64,000 nucleotides of DNA from Elusimicrobiota bacterium. GTDB lineage: Bacteria; Elusimicrobiota; Elusimicrobia; Elusimicrobiales; UBA9959. The notes beneath the pieces were generated by a model, which worked only from the letters and a program-made list of their open reading frames with translations, ran no database searches and had not been told where the DNA came from. Position 1 is the stretch's first letter; each line of letters begins with the position of its first letter. The stretch lies in contig WOVA01000002.1 in the NCBI GenBank assembly GCA_009773155.1, forward strand, positions 6,889-70,888. Direction: 5' to 3'. Position numbers and translations under genes: made by a program. This document shows, piece by piece, positions 1 through 8,325 of this stretch.

Positions 1-615
1 GGCGCGTATGCCCATCTTCTTCTCTTTCTTGCCGAACTCCATGCCCCTGGCGCCCTTCTCCACTATGAAGGCGCTGGCGCCGCGCACGCCCTTCTTCCTG
101 TCGGTCATCGCGATGACGGTGTAGATCCCGGCCTCGCCGGCGTTGGTGATCCACTGCTTGGTGCCGTTGAGGATATACTTGTCCCCCTCCTTGCGCGCCG
201 TGGTCTGTATGGCGGTCGCGTCGGAGCCGGCGCCGGCCTCGGTCAGGCAGAAGGCGGCCAGCCGGCGGCCGCTGGCTATTTCGGGCAGGTATTTCTTCTT
301 CTGCTCTTCGGAGCCGCTGATCATTATCGGCAGGGCGCCCAGAGCGCTGCTGGCGTAGCCCAGGGCGATGGCGCCGCAGGCGCGCGAGAGCTCCTCGGTC
401 ACCACGCACATCTCCATTATGCCGCCGCCCAGGCCGCCGTACTGCTCGGGGATATAGATGCCGAACAGGTCGCTCTCGGCCAGGATCTTCATTATCGGCC
501 AGGCGAATTCCTCGCTCTCGTCGTACTGCGCCGCGACGGGGGCTATCTTCTCGCGGGCTATCCTGCGGGCCAGATCGCGCACCATCACCTGCTGTTCGTT
601 GAGGAAATAATCCAT
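1..615 (-). CDS. acyl-CoA dehydrogenase, N-terminal ~205 aa (rest of gene lies left of the window)
   Basis: Absent from the ORF track because no stop lies in the window. Reverse translation from ATG 615 gives MDYFLNEQQVMVRDLARRIAREKIAPVAAQYDESEEFAWPIMKILAESDLFGIYIPEQYGG...FCLTEAGAGSDATAIQT...GTKQWITNAGEAG, the ACAD N/middle-domain pattern. AAGGAG lies 7 nt upstream. An alternative ATG is at 621. Confidence 0.85.
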   Translation of the reverse strand, partial: MDYFLNEQQVMVRDLARRIAREKIAPVAAQYDESEEFAWPIMKILAESDLFGIYIPEQYGGLGGGIMEMCVVTEELSRACGAIALGYASSALGALPIMISGSEEQKKKYLPEIASGRRLAAFCLTEAGAGSDATAIQTTARKEGDKYILNGTKQWITNAGEAGIYTVIAMTDRKKGVRGASAFIVEKGARGMEFGKKEKKMGIRA

Positions 616-634
616 ATGCATGCTCCTTGTTGTA

Positions 635-726
635 GGGGACGCTGATTACTAAATGACTATTTCAAAGGGACGATTCTCTAACGGGGCGGCGGTCGTACAA
701 ATAGTCATTTAGTAATCAGCGTCCCC
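635..726. repeat. long perfect hairpin element, copy A (28-nt arms 635-662 / 699-726, 36-nt loop)
   Basis: GGGGACGCTGATTACTAAATGACTATTT ... AAATAGTCATTTAGTAATCAGCGTCCCC read directly. The outer 21 nt of each arm are identical to the element at 45866-45961. The arms are AT-rich in a GC-rich genome. Confidence 0.9.
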
Positions 727-741
727 TTATAATACTAAAAA

Positions 742-1761
742 CTAGCGCAGGTCCAGAACGTCCATGAGGCCGGGGCCGTAGGAGACGATGGACAGTTTTG
801 GATAGGGATAGACACTGGAGAGGGCTCCTATTTTTTTCAGGAAAGCGGCGGCCTCGCCCTTTATGTCGGAGAGGCGGCGCGGGTTGTCGGCGCCCTGGTA
901 GAGGTCTATGTGGGTTATGGCCAGCCGGGTGGCGGAATTTATCGCGATCGCGCGCCTGGCCAGCCCGTCCTCGAAGGCGCCGATGCGGCGCAGCCGGCCG
1001 CTGACCGAACCGACTTCGCGGCCCTTGGTGTGGTGGATATTGAGCCTGGACTTATCCTTTATCTCGGCCGTCAGCGGGCCGGGGCCGACACGGCTGACAT
1101 AGGGTTTGAAGATGGTGTAGACGTCGCGCACATATTTAGGTCCGAGGCCGGCTTCGGCCAGGAAGGTGGAGGCCGTGGTGTCGCGCGAGGTGACATAGGG
1201 GTATTCGCCGTGCAGCAGCGAGAGCTTCATTCCCTGCGTGCCCTCGACGATGACGCCGTCTCCGGCGGCCAGCGCCTTGTTGAGCAGTTCCGGCACCGGC
1301 TTCACCCAGCGGCGCAGTCGCGGCTCATCCTTGGCGAAGCGTATCTTCTTGCGGTCTATGCGCTCGCGCACGGCCGTGCCTAGCCCGGTGCCGACGCTGC
1401 CGATGGACTTCATCATGCGGGAGTCGCGGCGCTCGGCGGCCGTCTGGCGCGGCTCTATCACTACGGCGTTGGGGTCTATTATTATGCGGCCGGCGGTGCC
1501 CGTAAGAGCAATCTCTTTGAGCAGCCAGTCGGTGATGATGTATGTGCCGGCGCCGAGGACCAGTTTTGTGCGCGGGTTGACGAAACCGGCCGGTATGGAT
1601 TTGAGCGCGTATATCTTCCCTTTATAGAAGACGGTGTGACCCGCGTTGGGGCCGCCCACTTTCACCGCGTAGCGGTAATCACCCTTATGCGCCAGGTAGG
1701 CGCAGATCTTGCCTTTACCCTCGTCGCCGCCCTGACCGCCCGTGATTATATCTACCGGCAT
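742..1761 (-). CDS. purA: adenylosuccinate synthetase, short (339 aa) archaeal-type form
   Basis: N-terminal GGQGGDEGKGK P-loop, GPNAGHT, VEGTQG and YPYVTSRDTT motifs. Length is ~340 aa rather than the ~430 aa of typical bacterial PurA. It sits directly next to purB. Confidence 0.85.
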   Translation of the reverse strand: MPVDIITGGQGGDEGKGKICAYLAHKGDYRYAVKVGGPNAGHTVFYKGKIYALKSIPAGFVNPRTKLVLGAGTYIITDWLLKEIALTGTAGRIIIDPNAVVIEPRQTAAERRDSRMMKSIGSVGTGLGTAVRERIDRKKIRFAKDEPRLRRWVKPVPELLNKALAAGDGVIVEGTQGMKLSLLHGEYPYVTSRDTTASTFLAEAGLGPKYVRDVYTIFKPYVSRVGPGPLTAEIKDKSRLNIHHTKGREVGSVSGRLRRIGAFEDGLARRAIAINSATRLAITHIDLYQGADNPRRLSDIKGEAAAFLKKIGALSSVYPYPKLSIVSYGPGLMDVLDLR

Positions 1762-1777
1762 GAATGGCCTCCTGGTG

Positions 1778-3154
1778 TTATTTGCGGGAAGTTCCGGCCA
1801 GCCGCGCCGCCAGGCCGGTATAGGGCCGTGACAGCAGCGCTTTGAGCTCCGCCTTCACGGCCGGCTTTACCGGCAGTCCGTCGACGAAGGCGTGGAGCTC
1901 CGGAACGGTTACGCCGCGGCCCCGGGTGAGGTCCTTGAGCAGCGAGTACGGGTCCTCTACCCCTTCCCTGCGCAGTAGGGTCTGTACCGCCTCGGCGTAG
2001 ACCTCCGGATGGTCGGCGAGCGAGCGGGCGGCGGCGTCGCGGTTCACGGCTATGCGCGAGAACCCTTCCATCATGGACTTATAGGCTATGAGCGAATGGG
2101 CGAAGGCCGCGCCGTAATTGCGCTCGACGGTGGAGTCGGAGAGATCGCGCTGCAGGCGCGAGACCGGCAGTTTGGCCGAGAAGAAGCCGCAGAGCGCGTT
2201 GGCCGCGCCGAGATTGCCCTCGGCGTTCTCGAAATGTATGGGGTTCACCTTCTGCGGCATCGTCGACGAGCCGACTTCCCCCGCCACCGCGCGCTGGACT
2301 ATGAGGCCGTCGCTGATATAGCGCCAGATGTCCTGGCACATGCCCGTGAGTATCGTGTTGGTGCGGCGCAGCGCGTCGAAAAGTTCCGCGACGGCGTCAT
2401 GCGGCTCTATCTGCGTGGTCAGCGGCGCGGCCTCTATCTTTATCTTCAGGCCCCGGGACGCGGCGGCGGCGAAGCGGCGGGCGAAGGCCGGCCAGTCGGC
2501 GCGCGGGAAAGCGGCCAGGTGCGCGTTATAGTTGCCGACGGCGCCCGAAAGCTTGGCCTGCAGCTGCAGCCCGGCCAGCTGCGCGCGCTGGCGCTCAAGC
2601 CGCGCGGCGAAGACGGCGAATTCTTTGCCGAAGGTGGTGCCGACGGCGGGCTGGCCGTGCGTGCGGGCCAGCAGCGGGTCGGCGGCGTGGCGCCGGGCCA
2701 GCCGGCGCAGTTCGGCGATGATATCGTCGAGCGCGGGCAGCAGGACCTTCTCCAGCCCCCGCGCCAGCATCAGCGCGTAGGCGAAGCTGTTGACGTCCTC
2801 GGAGGTCAGGGCGAAATGTACGTATTCGCGGTACTTCGCCAGACCGGCGCGGGTGAGCCGCTCCCGGATGAAGCGCTCGCAGGCCTTCACGTCGTGGCGG
2901 GTCTCCCGCTCGATGGCTTTCACCCGCGCGGCGTCGGCCGGAGAGGCGTTCTTGAGCGCTTCGAGCAGATTTTTCCCCTTCGCGGGGAGGCGGGGTATGC
3001 CGGTGCCGGGCAGGCCGCAGAGCAGATCGAGGTAGAGGGCCTCGACTTCAAGGCGGTGGCGTATCAACGCTTCTTCGCTGAAGTAACGGGAGAGCGGCCG
3101 GGTGACCGCCGCGTAGCGTCCGTCCACCGGGCTTACGGCCTGTAATTCGGTCAT
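1778..3154 (-). CDS. purB: adenylosuccinate lyase
   Basis: 458 aa. Contains SPVDGRY near the N-terminus and the fumarate-lyase signature GSSTMPQKVNP. Confidence 0.9.
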   Translation of the reverse strand: MTELQAVSPVDGRYAAVTRPLSRYFSEEALIRHRLEVEALYLDLLCGLPGTGIPRLPAKGKNLLEALKNASPADAARVKAIERETRHDVKACERFIRERLTRAGLAKYREYVHFALTSEDVNSFAYALMLARGLEKVLLPALDDIIAELRRLARRHAADPLLARTHGQPAVGTTFGKEFAVFAARLERQRAQLAGLQLQAKLSGAVGNYNAHLAAFPRADWPAFARRFAAAASRGLKIKIEAAPLTTQIEPHDAVAELFDALRRTNTILTGMCQDIWRYISDGLIVQRAVAGEVGSSTMPQKVNPIHFENAEGNLGAANALCGFFSAKLPVSRLQRDLSDSTVERNYGAAFAHSLIAYKSMMEGFSRIAVNRDAAARSLADHPEVYAEAVQTLLRREGVEDPYSLLKDLTRGRGVTVPELHAFVDGLPVKPAVKAELKALLSRPYTGLAARLAGTSRK

Positions 3155-3291
3155 ATGGAGTATATGATATCAAAAGCCCGCGGAAGGCGGCGAGGGGTAA
3201 TTATTCTATAATAATACCGTAACATGCCCTTTGTACACTTTCCCTGCCGGCGATCCGGCTATTCCAAACGGAGTTTTACCGGTCAACACTT

Positions 3292-4068
3292 ATGGATATA
3301 ATGACTCTAGTCGGTTTCGCCCTGGCGGCCGCCGTCATGACGTGGGGCATAGCCACTTCCGGGGTCGGCGACCTGTTCCTCAACGCCCACGGTATAGTCC
3401 TGGTCATAGGCGGCACGCTGGCCGCGACGATAGTCAACACTTCGTTCTCCGGCTTCATGAGCGGAGTTCGCTCCTTCGCGATCATCTTCCGCAGTCCCGA
3501 TTACCCCTCCATCGACGATTGCGTGAAGGTCCTCGTTCAGCTTTCAGACACGGCGCATAAGCAGGGAGGCATAATGGCGCTGCAGAACGTCGACCCCGGT
3601 TTCGCAAGGGGCTTCCTGCGCCGGGCGGTCTCGGTCGCCATGGTCAGCGGCGAGTCCCGCGAGACGCGCGCCATACTGGAGGAAGAGGTGCGCCGCCGCC
3701 GCCTCGCCGTCAACGAGGACTCCAACTTTTACCGCACGATGGCCGTCCTCTCCCCTATGTTCGGCCTGATAGGCACGCTGTTCGGCATCATCGAGACGCT
3801 GACCAATATAACGGACCCGACGGCCATAGGCCGCTCGATGGCCATCGCCATCAGCTCGGCCTTCTACGGCATCGCCCTATCCAACCTGCTCTTCGTGCCG
3901 GTCGCCAACAAGATACGCCTGCGCGCCATCGAGGAGACGGCCGGCCTGCAGCTCGTGATCGAGGGCATCATGGACATCATGGCGGGCAAGACGCCGCACC
4001 TGGTCGAGATGCACCTGCGCGGCTATCTGACCGCCAACCAGGCGCGCTTGTCGAGGTCGGAGGCCTGA
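3292..4068 (+). CDS. motA: MotA/PomA-family stator channel protein
   Basis: 258 aa. Two N-terminal TM helices, a ~90-aa charged cytoplasmic loop, then the C-terminal TM pair with SPMFGLIGTLFG and AFYGIALSNLLFVP motifs. The size and loop fit MotA rather than ExbB/TolQ. Confidence 0.8.
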   Translation: MDIMTLVGFALAAAVMTWGIATSGVGDLFLNAHGIVLVIGGTLAATIVNTSFSGFMSGVRSFAIIFRSPDYPSIDDCVKVLVQLSDTAHKQGGIMALQNVDPGFARGFLRRAVSVAMVSGESRETRAILEEEVRRRRLAVNEDSNFYRTMAVLSPMFGLIGTLFGIIETLTNITDPTAIGRSMAIAISSAFYGIALSNLLFVPVANKIRLRAIEETAGLQLVIEGIMDIMAGKTPHLVEMHLRGYLTANQARLSRSEA

Positions 4069-4071
4069 GCC

Positions 4072-4701
4072 ATGGCCAGGTTCTACGAGCGCGAGGACGA
4101 GCTGGAGAACGAGCTCAACCGGGGAGCCCTTTGGGCCATCACCTACGGCGACCTGATGAGCTACCTCATGATCTTCTTCATGATCCTCTTCGCTTTCTAC
4201 AGTTCCAAGAACATCTCCGCCCAGTTCAGCATGCAGAGCCTGGAGGACACTTTCGGCAAGGACACCGAGACCACCTCGATGCTGTTCTCCAAGCACGGCA
4301 TACAGCAGATAGCGCAGGTCGAGATCTCGGCCAACAAGATAAATATCAATTTTTCCGAGCCGATACTCTTCACCCCCGGCAGCGACATCCTGCGGGAGCA
4401 GTCGAAGCCGCATCTGAAGCGGCTGGCCAAGGTCTTCAGCGACCTGCCCAACCCGATACAGATAGAGGGGCACACCGACGCCCGGCCGCTGGGCAGGGGC
4501 GCCAAGTTCAGGTCCAACTGGGAGCTTTCGGCGGCCCGGGCCTTCTCCGTGCTGAAGTTCATGGTGGAGCAGGGAGTGGCCCCCGAGAAGCTCTCGGCCG
4601 TGGGCTACGGCGAGTTCAAGCCGATAAGGTCCAACGAGACGCCGGAGGGCCGCTCCTCCAACAGGCGCATAGAGATAAACATCATCCGCCACGAGATCTG
4701 A
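4072..4701 (+). CDS. motB: MotB-family stator protein with OmpA-like peptidoglycan-binding domain
   Basis: 209 aa. The single TM helix has the conserved Asp (WAITYGDLMSYLMIFFMILF). The C-terminal OmpA_C-like part reads IEGHTDARP...NWELSAARA...GYGEFKP...NRRIEI. Starts 3 nt after motA. Confidence 0.8.
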   Translation: MARFYEREDELENELNRGALWAITYGDLMSYLMIFFMILFAFYSSKNISAQFSMQSLEDTFGKDTETTSMLFSKHGIQQIAQVEISANKININFSEPILFTPGSDILREQSKPHLKRLAKVFSDLPNPIQIEGHTDARPLGRGAKFRSNWELSAARAFSVLKFMVEQGVAPEKLSAVGYGEFKPIRSNETPEGRSSNRRIEINIIRHEI

Positions 4702-4708
4702 GCCGGCC

Positions 4709-6802
4709 ATGAAACTTACCACCCGATTCTTCCTGATACTGCTGGGAATAGCCGTGTTCCCGCTGCTGGTGTCCGTCGGGTGGAACGTCTACCAGTACCG
4801 CGGCAGCATCGCCGGCGTCTTCAGCCTGCACAGGACGGTCTCTTCGCTGGCCGCCTCCAACATGGAGGAATGGCTGGCCAGCGTCAATCGCAGCCTCGCT
4901 TTTCTCTACACCGTAGAGCATCCCCTCCAGAAGAAGAACATAGACGAAACGGCCCTTATAAAAGAGGCGGTCGCCGTCAACTCGGAGATCATGGCGCTGA
5001 GCTTCCTCGCCTCGGACGGCTCCGAGCTCTTCAAGCTGCAGAGCGAGAACGTCAAAAGCAAAGCCCACCTTACGACTTTCACCCCGGAGCTGGCGGACAA
5101 GGCCCGCAACGCGGCCACTATACAGATGGGGGAAGTGATCTGCGCGGAGGGGCAGCCTTTCTTCCCCCTCGCCTACCCGCTGATAGACTCGCGCGTCGTC
5201 ATCTTCCACTTTTCGCTGGAGAAGCTCTGGGGCAAGATGGGAGAGATGCGCACCGGCGAGAGCGGCCGGGTGATAATACTGGACAAGCAGGGCGTGCCGC
5301 TGCCGTGCCAGGGGATCGATCCCAGGTCGATAGATTCCGAAGCCGTCCGCCGGACTTTCAAGATCAGCGCCAAGATCGACCGCATGCCCGCCATGAAGAT
5401 AGACAGGGAGCGTTTCGCCGGCGCCTACGCCGCCACCGAGAAGCTCCCGTGGGTGGCGGTCTCGCTGCAGAGCCACGACGAGATCTACGGGGCCCAGCGC
5501 CGCTCCATAATCCTGTTCTCCGTCTTCACGCTCATCTCCGCGGTCACCACCGTCATAGTCGTGCTGCTGATCTCGCGCCGCATCATCGCCCCGATAAACA
5601 ACATGGTGAACGGCGTAAAGAAGTTCCTCAAGGACCAGCGCCTGGACAAAGTGATACCCGCCGAAGGCTGGCCGGAGATAAAGAACCTGGTCGGGATCCT
5701 CAACCGCATGATGCTGGAGCTCCAGGCCTACCGCGCCTTTCAGCTCAACCAGATAATGGAGGAGAAGAACAAGGCCCAGGCGCTCATTGACACCATCCCC
5801 GACGGAGTGCTGCTGCTCGACGACCGCGGCACGCTGATCTACTCCAACCAGCTGGCGCTCAGCCTGCTCGGCCTGGGCCGCAATCCCTCGGGGGCGGTGC
5901 TGCCCAAGTCCATACGCGGCGACGCCTTCCGCGAGAAGTTCCAGGAACTGCTGGCCTCCAAAGAGAAGTACGCACGCGACGAGGTGGAGGCCCTCCTGGA
6001 GGGGACCTCCCCGCCCGTACTCAAGAATTACCGCGTCCTGGCTGCGCAGTTCATGCAGGCCACGCTCAAGCGTCCGGGACGGGTGATCATCATCCGCGAC
6101 ATCACCAACGAGAAGGAGCTGGAGAAGGTCAAGGAAGACTTCTTCCATATGATCACGCACGACATGCGCGCGCCGCTCTCGACCATACAGGGCTACGTTG
6201 AGCTGCTGATGAAGAAGCTGCCGCCCAATCCCGGCACCGATAAGTATTTCCAGAGCATGCTCTACTCCTCCCGCCGGCTGCGCGGCATGATAGACGACAT
6301 CCTCAACACCACCAAGCTGCAGCGCGGCACCATGACGCTGCAGCTGGACACGATCTCGGCCGCCGAACTGGTCACCCGCGTTAAGGAGAACCACGACCCG
6401 GTGGCCGTGCCCAAGAAGATAACCCTGGCGGCCGCCCCGTCCCCGGAGAACATAGAGTTCAACGGCGACCGGACGCTGCTGGAGCGCGTCATAACCAATC
6501 TGATGGGCAACGCGCTGAAGTTCACCCCCCCGGGCGGCAAAATAACGCTCGGCTGCTCGCAGGACGCCGATAAGGTCTTTTTCTGGGTGGAAGACACCGG
6601 CCCCGGCATACCGGAGGATAAACGCAAGGCCATCTTCGAGAAATATTCGCAGATGGAGGAGCATAAGAGCCAGGGCTTCGGCCTGGGCCTGGCGATGTGC
6701 AAGATGACGGTGGAGCTGCACAAGGGCGACATCTGGGTGGAATCCGAGGTGGGCAAGGGTTCCAAGTTCATATTTACCGTCGCGAAAGGCATAACTCAAT
6801 AG
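4709..6802 (+). CDS. sensor histidine kinase (2 TM with periplasmic sensor domain, HAMP, PAS, HisKA, HATPase)
   Basis: H-box HMITHDMRAPLSTIQGY, N-box GNALKFTPPGG, G1 DTGPGIP, G2 GFGLGLAMC. Two TM segments flank a ~250-aa extracytoplasmic region. Confidence 0.9.
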   Translation: MKLTTRFFLILLGIAVFPLLVSVGWNVYQYRGSIAGVFSLHRTVSSLAASNMEEWLASVNRSLAFLYTVEHPLQKKNIDETALIKEAVAVNSEIMALSFLASDGSELFKLQSENVKSKAHLTTFTPELADKARNAATIQMGEVICAEGQPFFPLAYPLIDSRVVIFHFSLEKLWGKMGEMRTGESGRVIILDKQGVPLPCQGIDPRSIDSEAVRRTFKISAKIDRMPAMKIDRERFAGAYAATEKLPWVAVSLQSHDEIYGAQRRSIILFSVFTLISAVTTVIVVLLISRRIIAPINNMVNGVKKFLKDQRLDKVIPAEGWPEIKNLVGILNRMMLELQAYRAFQLNQIMEEKNKAQALIDTIPDGVLLLDDRGTLIYSNQLALSLLGLGRNPSGAVLPKSIRGDAFREKFQELLASKEKYARDEVEALLEGTSPPVLKNYRVLAAQFMQATLKRPGRVIIIRDITNEKELEKVKEDFFHMITHDMRAPLSTIQGYVELLMKKLPPNPGTDKYFQSMLYSSRRLRGMIDDILNTTKLQRGTMTLQLDTISAAELVTRVKENHDPVAVPKKITLAAAPSPENIEFNGDRTLLERVITNLMGNALKFTPPGGKITLGCSQDADKVFFWVEDTGPGIPEDKRKAIFEKYSQMEEHKSQGFGLGLAMCKMTVELHKGDIWVESEVGKGSKFIFTVAKGITQ

Positions 6803-6819
6803 CGGAGGAGAGGGAGACC

Positions 6820-7200
6820 ATGGCGCTGATACTTATAGTGGACGACAACGACGAATTCCGGGGGATGATCGCCGACTACTTCGGCGAGCTCGGCTACAGG
6901 ATAGCGATGGCGATGAACGGCGCGGAGGGCCTGGCCCGGGCCAGGGAACTCAAGCCGGACCTGATAATCTGCGACGTGATGATGCCCGACGTCGGCGGCA
7001 TAGAGGTGCTGCGCGGCCTTCAGGCCGAAGATGACACCCGTTCCATCCCGGTGCTGGTCATGACCGGCACCTTCTTCGACAAGCAGATGAGCGAGCTTTT
7101 CCGGCAGGAATCCAACTGCCGCGAGTTCATGAGCAAGACCACTGAACTGGCCTACGTGCAGAAGAAGGTGGAGTCCCTGCTCGGCGGGGCCGGGAAGTGA
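6820..7200 (+). CDS. single-domain (CheY-like) response regulator
   Basis: ILIVDDND, DLIICDVMMPDVGG, VLVMTG and FMSK are all present, so the receiver is canonical. Start placed at ATG 6820 behind GGAGAGGGAG. The upstream part of track ORF 6697-7200 overlaps the kinase 3' end. Confidence 0.85.
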   Translation: MALILIVDDNDEFRGMIADYFGELGYRIAMAMNGAEGLARARELKPDLIICDVMMPDVGGIEVLRGLQAEDDTRSIPVLVMTGTFFDKQMSELFRQESNCREFMSKTTELAYVQKKVESLLGGAGK

Positions 7201-7565
7201 CTCCTCCCCTGGTGCTCGTCGCCGACGACGAGCCCGATTATCTCGAGATCGCCTCGCGGCTGCTGGAGGAGGCCGGGCTGCGCGCCGCCCGGGCCGCCAC
7301 CGGCGGCGAATGCCTCGCCGCCGCCGCCGCGGAGAAGCCGGGCCTTATAGTTCTGGACATAGGCCTGCCCGACATGAGCGGCCTGGACGTTCTCAAGTCC
7401 CTCAAGTCGGACCCGGCCCTTAAGGAAGTCCCCGTCCTGCTTTTCACCGTGCGCTCGGAACTGGATTATGTCTCGGCCGGGCTGGCGGCCGGCGCGGCCG
7501 GCTATGTCATAAAGCCTTTCCGTCCCGAAGATTTCATAAAGAGAGTGAGGTCCTTCTTTGGCTAA
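7197..7565 (+). CDS. single-domain (CheY-like) response regulator
   Basis: LVLVADDEPD, LIVLDIGLPDMSG, LLFT and VIKPF motifs. GTG start overlaps the preceding stop (GTGA). Confidence 0.85.
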   Translation: MTPPLVLVADDEPDYLEIASRLLEEAGLRAARAATGGECLAAAAAEKPGLIVLDIGLPDMSGLDVLKSLKSDPALKEVPVLLFTVRSELDYVSAGLAAGAAGYVIKPFRPEDFIKRVRSFFG

Positions 7566-8313
7566 GACACCAGCGGCCGGCCGGCCCTCCGCCGCCGTCG
7601 TCTCGTCCGGCCCCGCCGGGGAGCGGATGCTCAAGGCCCTGGAACGGGCCGGCTTCGCCGCGGCATCTTTTCCCGCCGCGGGACCGTTCATCTCCTCGCT
7701 CGCCTCGGCGGTGCCGGACCTGGCCGCCGTAGACACTGAGCTGCCGGACCTGGGCGGGGCCGACCTGGCGCTGGCCCTGCGCCGCAATCCCCCCACTGCC
7801 GGCGTCACGCTGATAATATTTTCAGCCGCGCCGCGCGTCCCGGCTGAAGTCGTTACCGGGCTGGACAGCGGGGCCGACGATTATCTCAGCCCTCTCCCCC
7901 CTCCCGAAGAACTGGATGCCCGGCTGCGCAATCTTCTGGAGCGCGGCCTGCGCGGGCGCGCCGGGCCGGCATCAGCGGGGGACTCCATGCGGCAGGGTGT
8001 CCCCGTTCCGCCCGTTATCAGGGCCGGCGGCCTGGAAGTGGACCTCTCGGCGCGCACGGTGACCGCCTGCGGCAAGGCCGCGGACCTGACCAGCCTGGAA
8101 TTCGACCTGCTCGTTTTTTTTCTGAACCACCCCAACCGCGTCATAGCGCGCGGAACGCTGATGGAGGCCCTCTGGAAGGACCCCGCTTCGGCGTCCCAGC
8201 GTGCCGTGGACAAGCGTGTGGAGGCGCTGCGCGCCAAACTGGGCGGCTTCGCGGCGCGCATAGAGACGGTGTTCGGAATGGGATACCTGTTGAGGCTCAA
8301 CGACGAATGCTGA
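7558..8313 (+). CDS. OmpR/PhoB-family winged-helix regulator with degenerate receiver domain
   Basis: C-terminal Trans_reg_C pattern (LEVDLSARTV...LTSLEFDLLVFFLNHPNRVIARGTLMEALW...VDKRVEALRAKL...ETVFGMGYLL). The receiver keeps the phospho-Asp position (AAVDTELPD) but reads VVSS where VVDD is expected and YLSPLP where Y.tKPf is expected. TTG start overlaps the upstream gene by 8 nt. Confidence 0.75.
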   Translation: MAKTPAAGRPSAAVVSSGPAGERMLKALERAGFAAASFPAAGPFISSLASAVPDLAAVDTELPDLGGADLALALRRNPPTAGVTLIIFSAAPRVPAEVVTGLDSGADDYLSPLPPPEELDARLRNLLERGLRGRAGPASAGDSMRQGVPVPPVIRAGGLEVDLSARTVTACGKAADLTSLEFDLLVFFLNHPNRVIARGTLMEALWKDPASASQRAVDKRVEALRAKLGGFAARIETVFGMGYLLRLNDEC

Positions 8314-8325
8314 GACCGCCGGGTC

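Noticed and set aside
635-726. CRISPR array or attC-like sites formed by the GGGGAC palindromes.
   Set aside because: There are no tandem direct repeats with unique spacers. The copies are about 45 kb apart, each is a single self-complementary unit, and no cas or integron integrase genes are present.
3292-4701. MotAB pair as part of a Zorya-type anti-phage system, or as ExbBD/TolQR.
   Set aside because: As I recall, ZorA is about 700 aa with a long tail and is followed by ZorC/D-like genes; here the MotA-like protein is 258 aa and kinase/receiver genes follow. The MotB-like protein has an OmpA-type peptidoglycan-binding domain, unlike ExbD/TolR, and no tonB/tolA/pal genes are adjacent.
4682-6799. 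705-aa minus-strand ORF antisense to the sensor kinase. Similar long antisense ORFs occur at 2009-3145(+), 8494-9960(+), 22951-24921(-), 30623-32641(+), 51725-53632(-) and 60413-62119(-).
   Set aside because: Each lies exactly opposite a gene with unmistakable family motifs. Their translations are low-complexity R/G/A/P/L/H-rich strings without recognisable domains. Long stop-free antisense frames are expected with strong GC3 bias.
6697-6819. Upstream extension of the first response-regulator ORF (track start 6697).
   Set aside because: It overlaps the 3' end of the kinase gene in another frame. A strong GGAGAGGGAG RBS precedes ATG 6820, and the receiver fold begins right there (MALILIVDDND).
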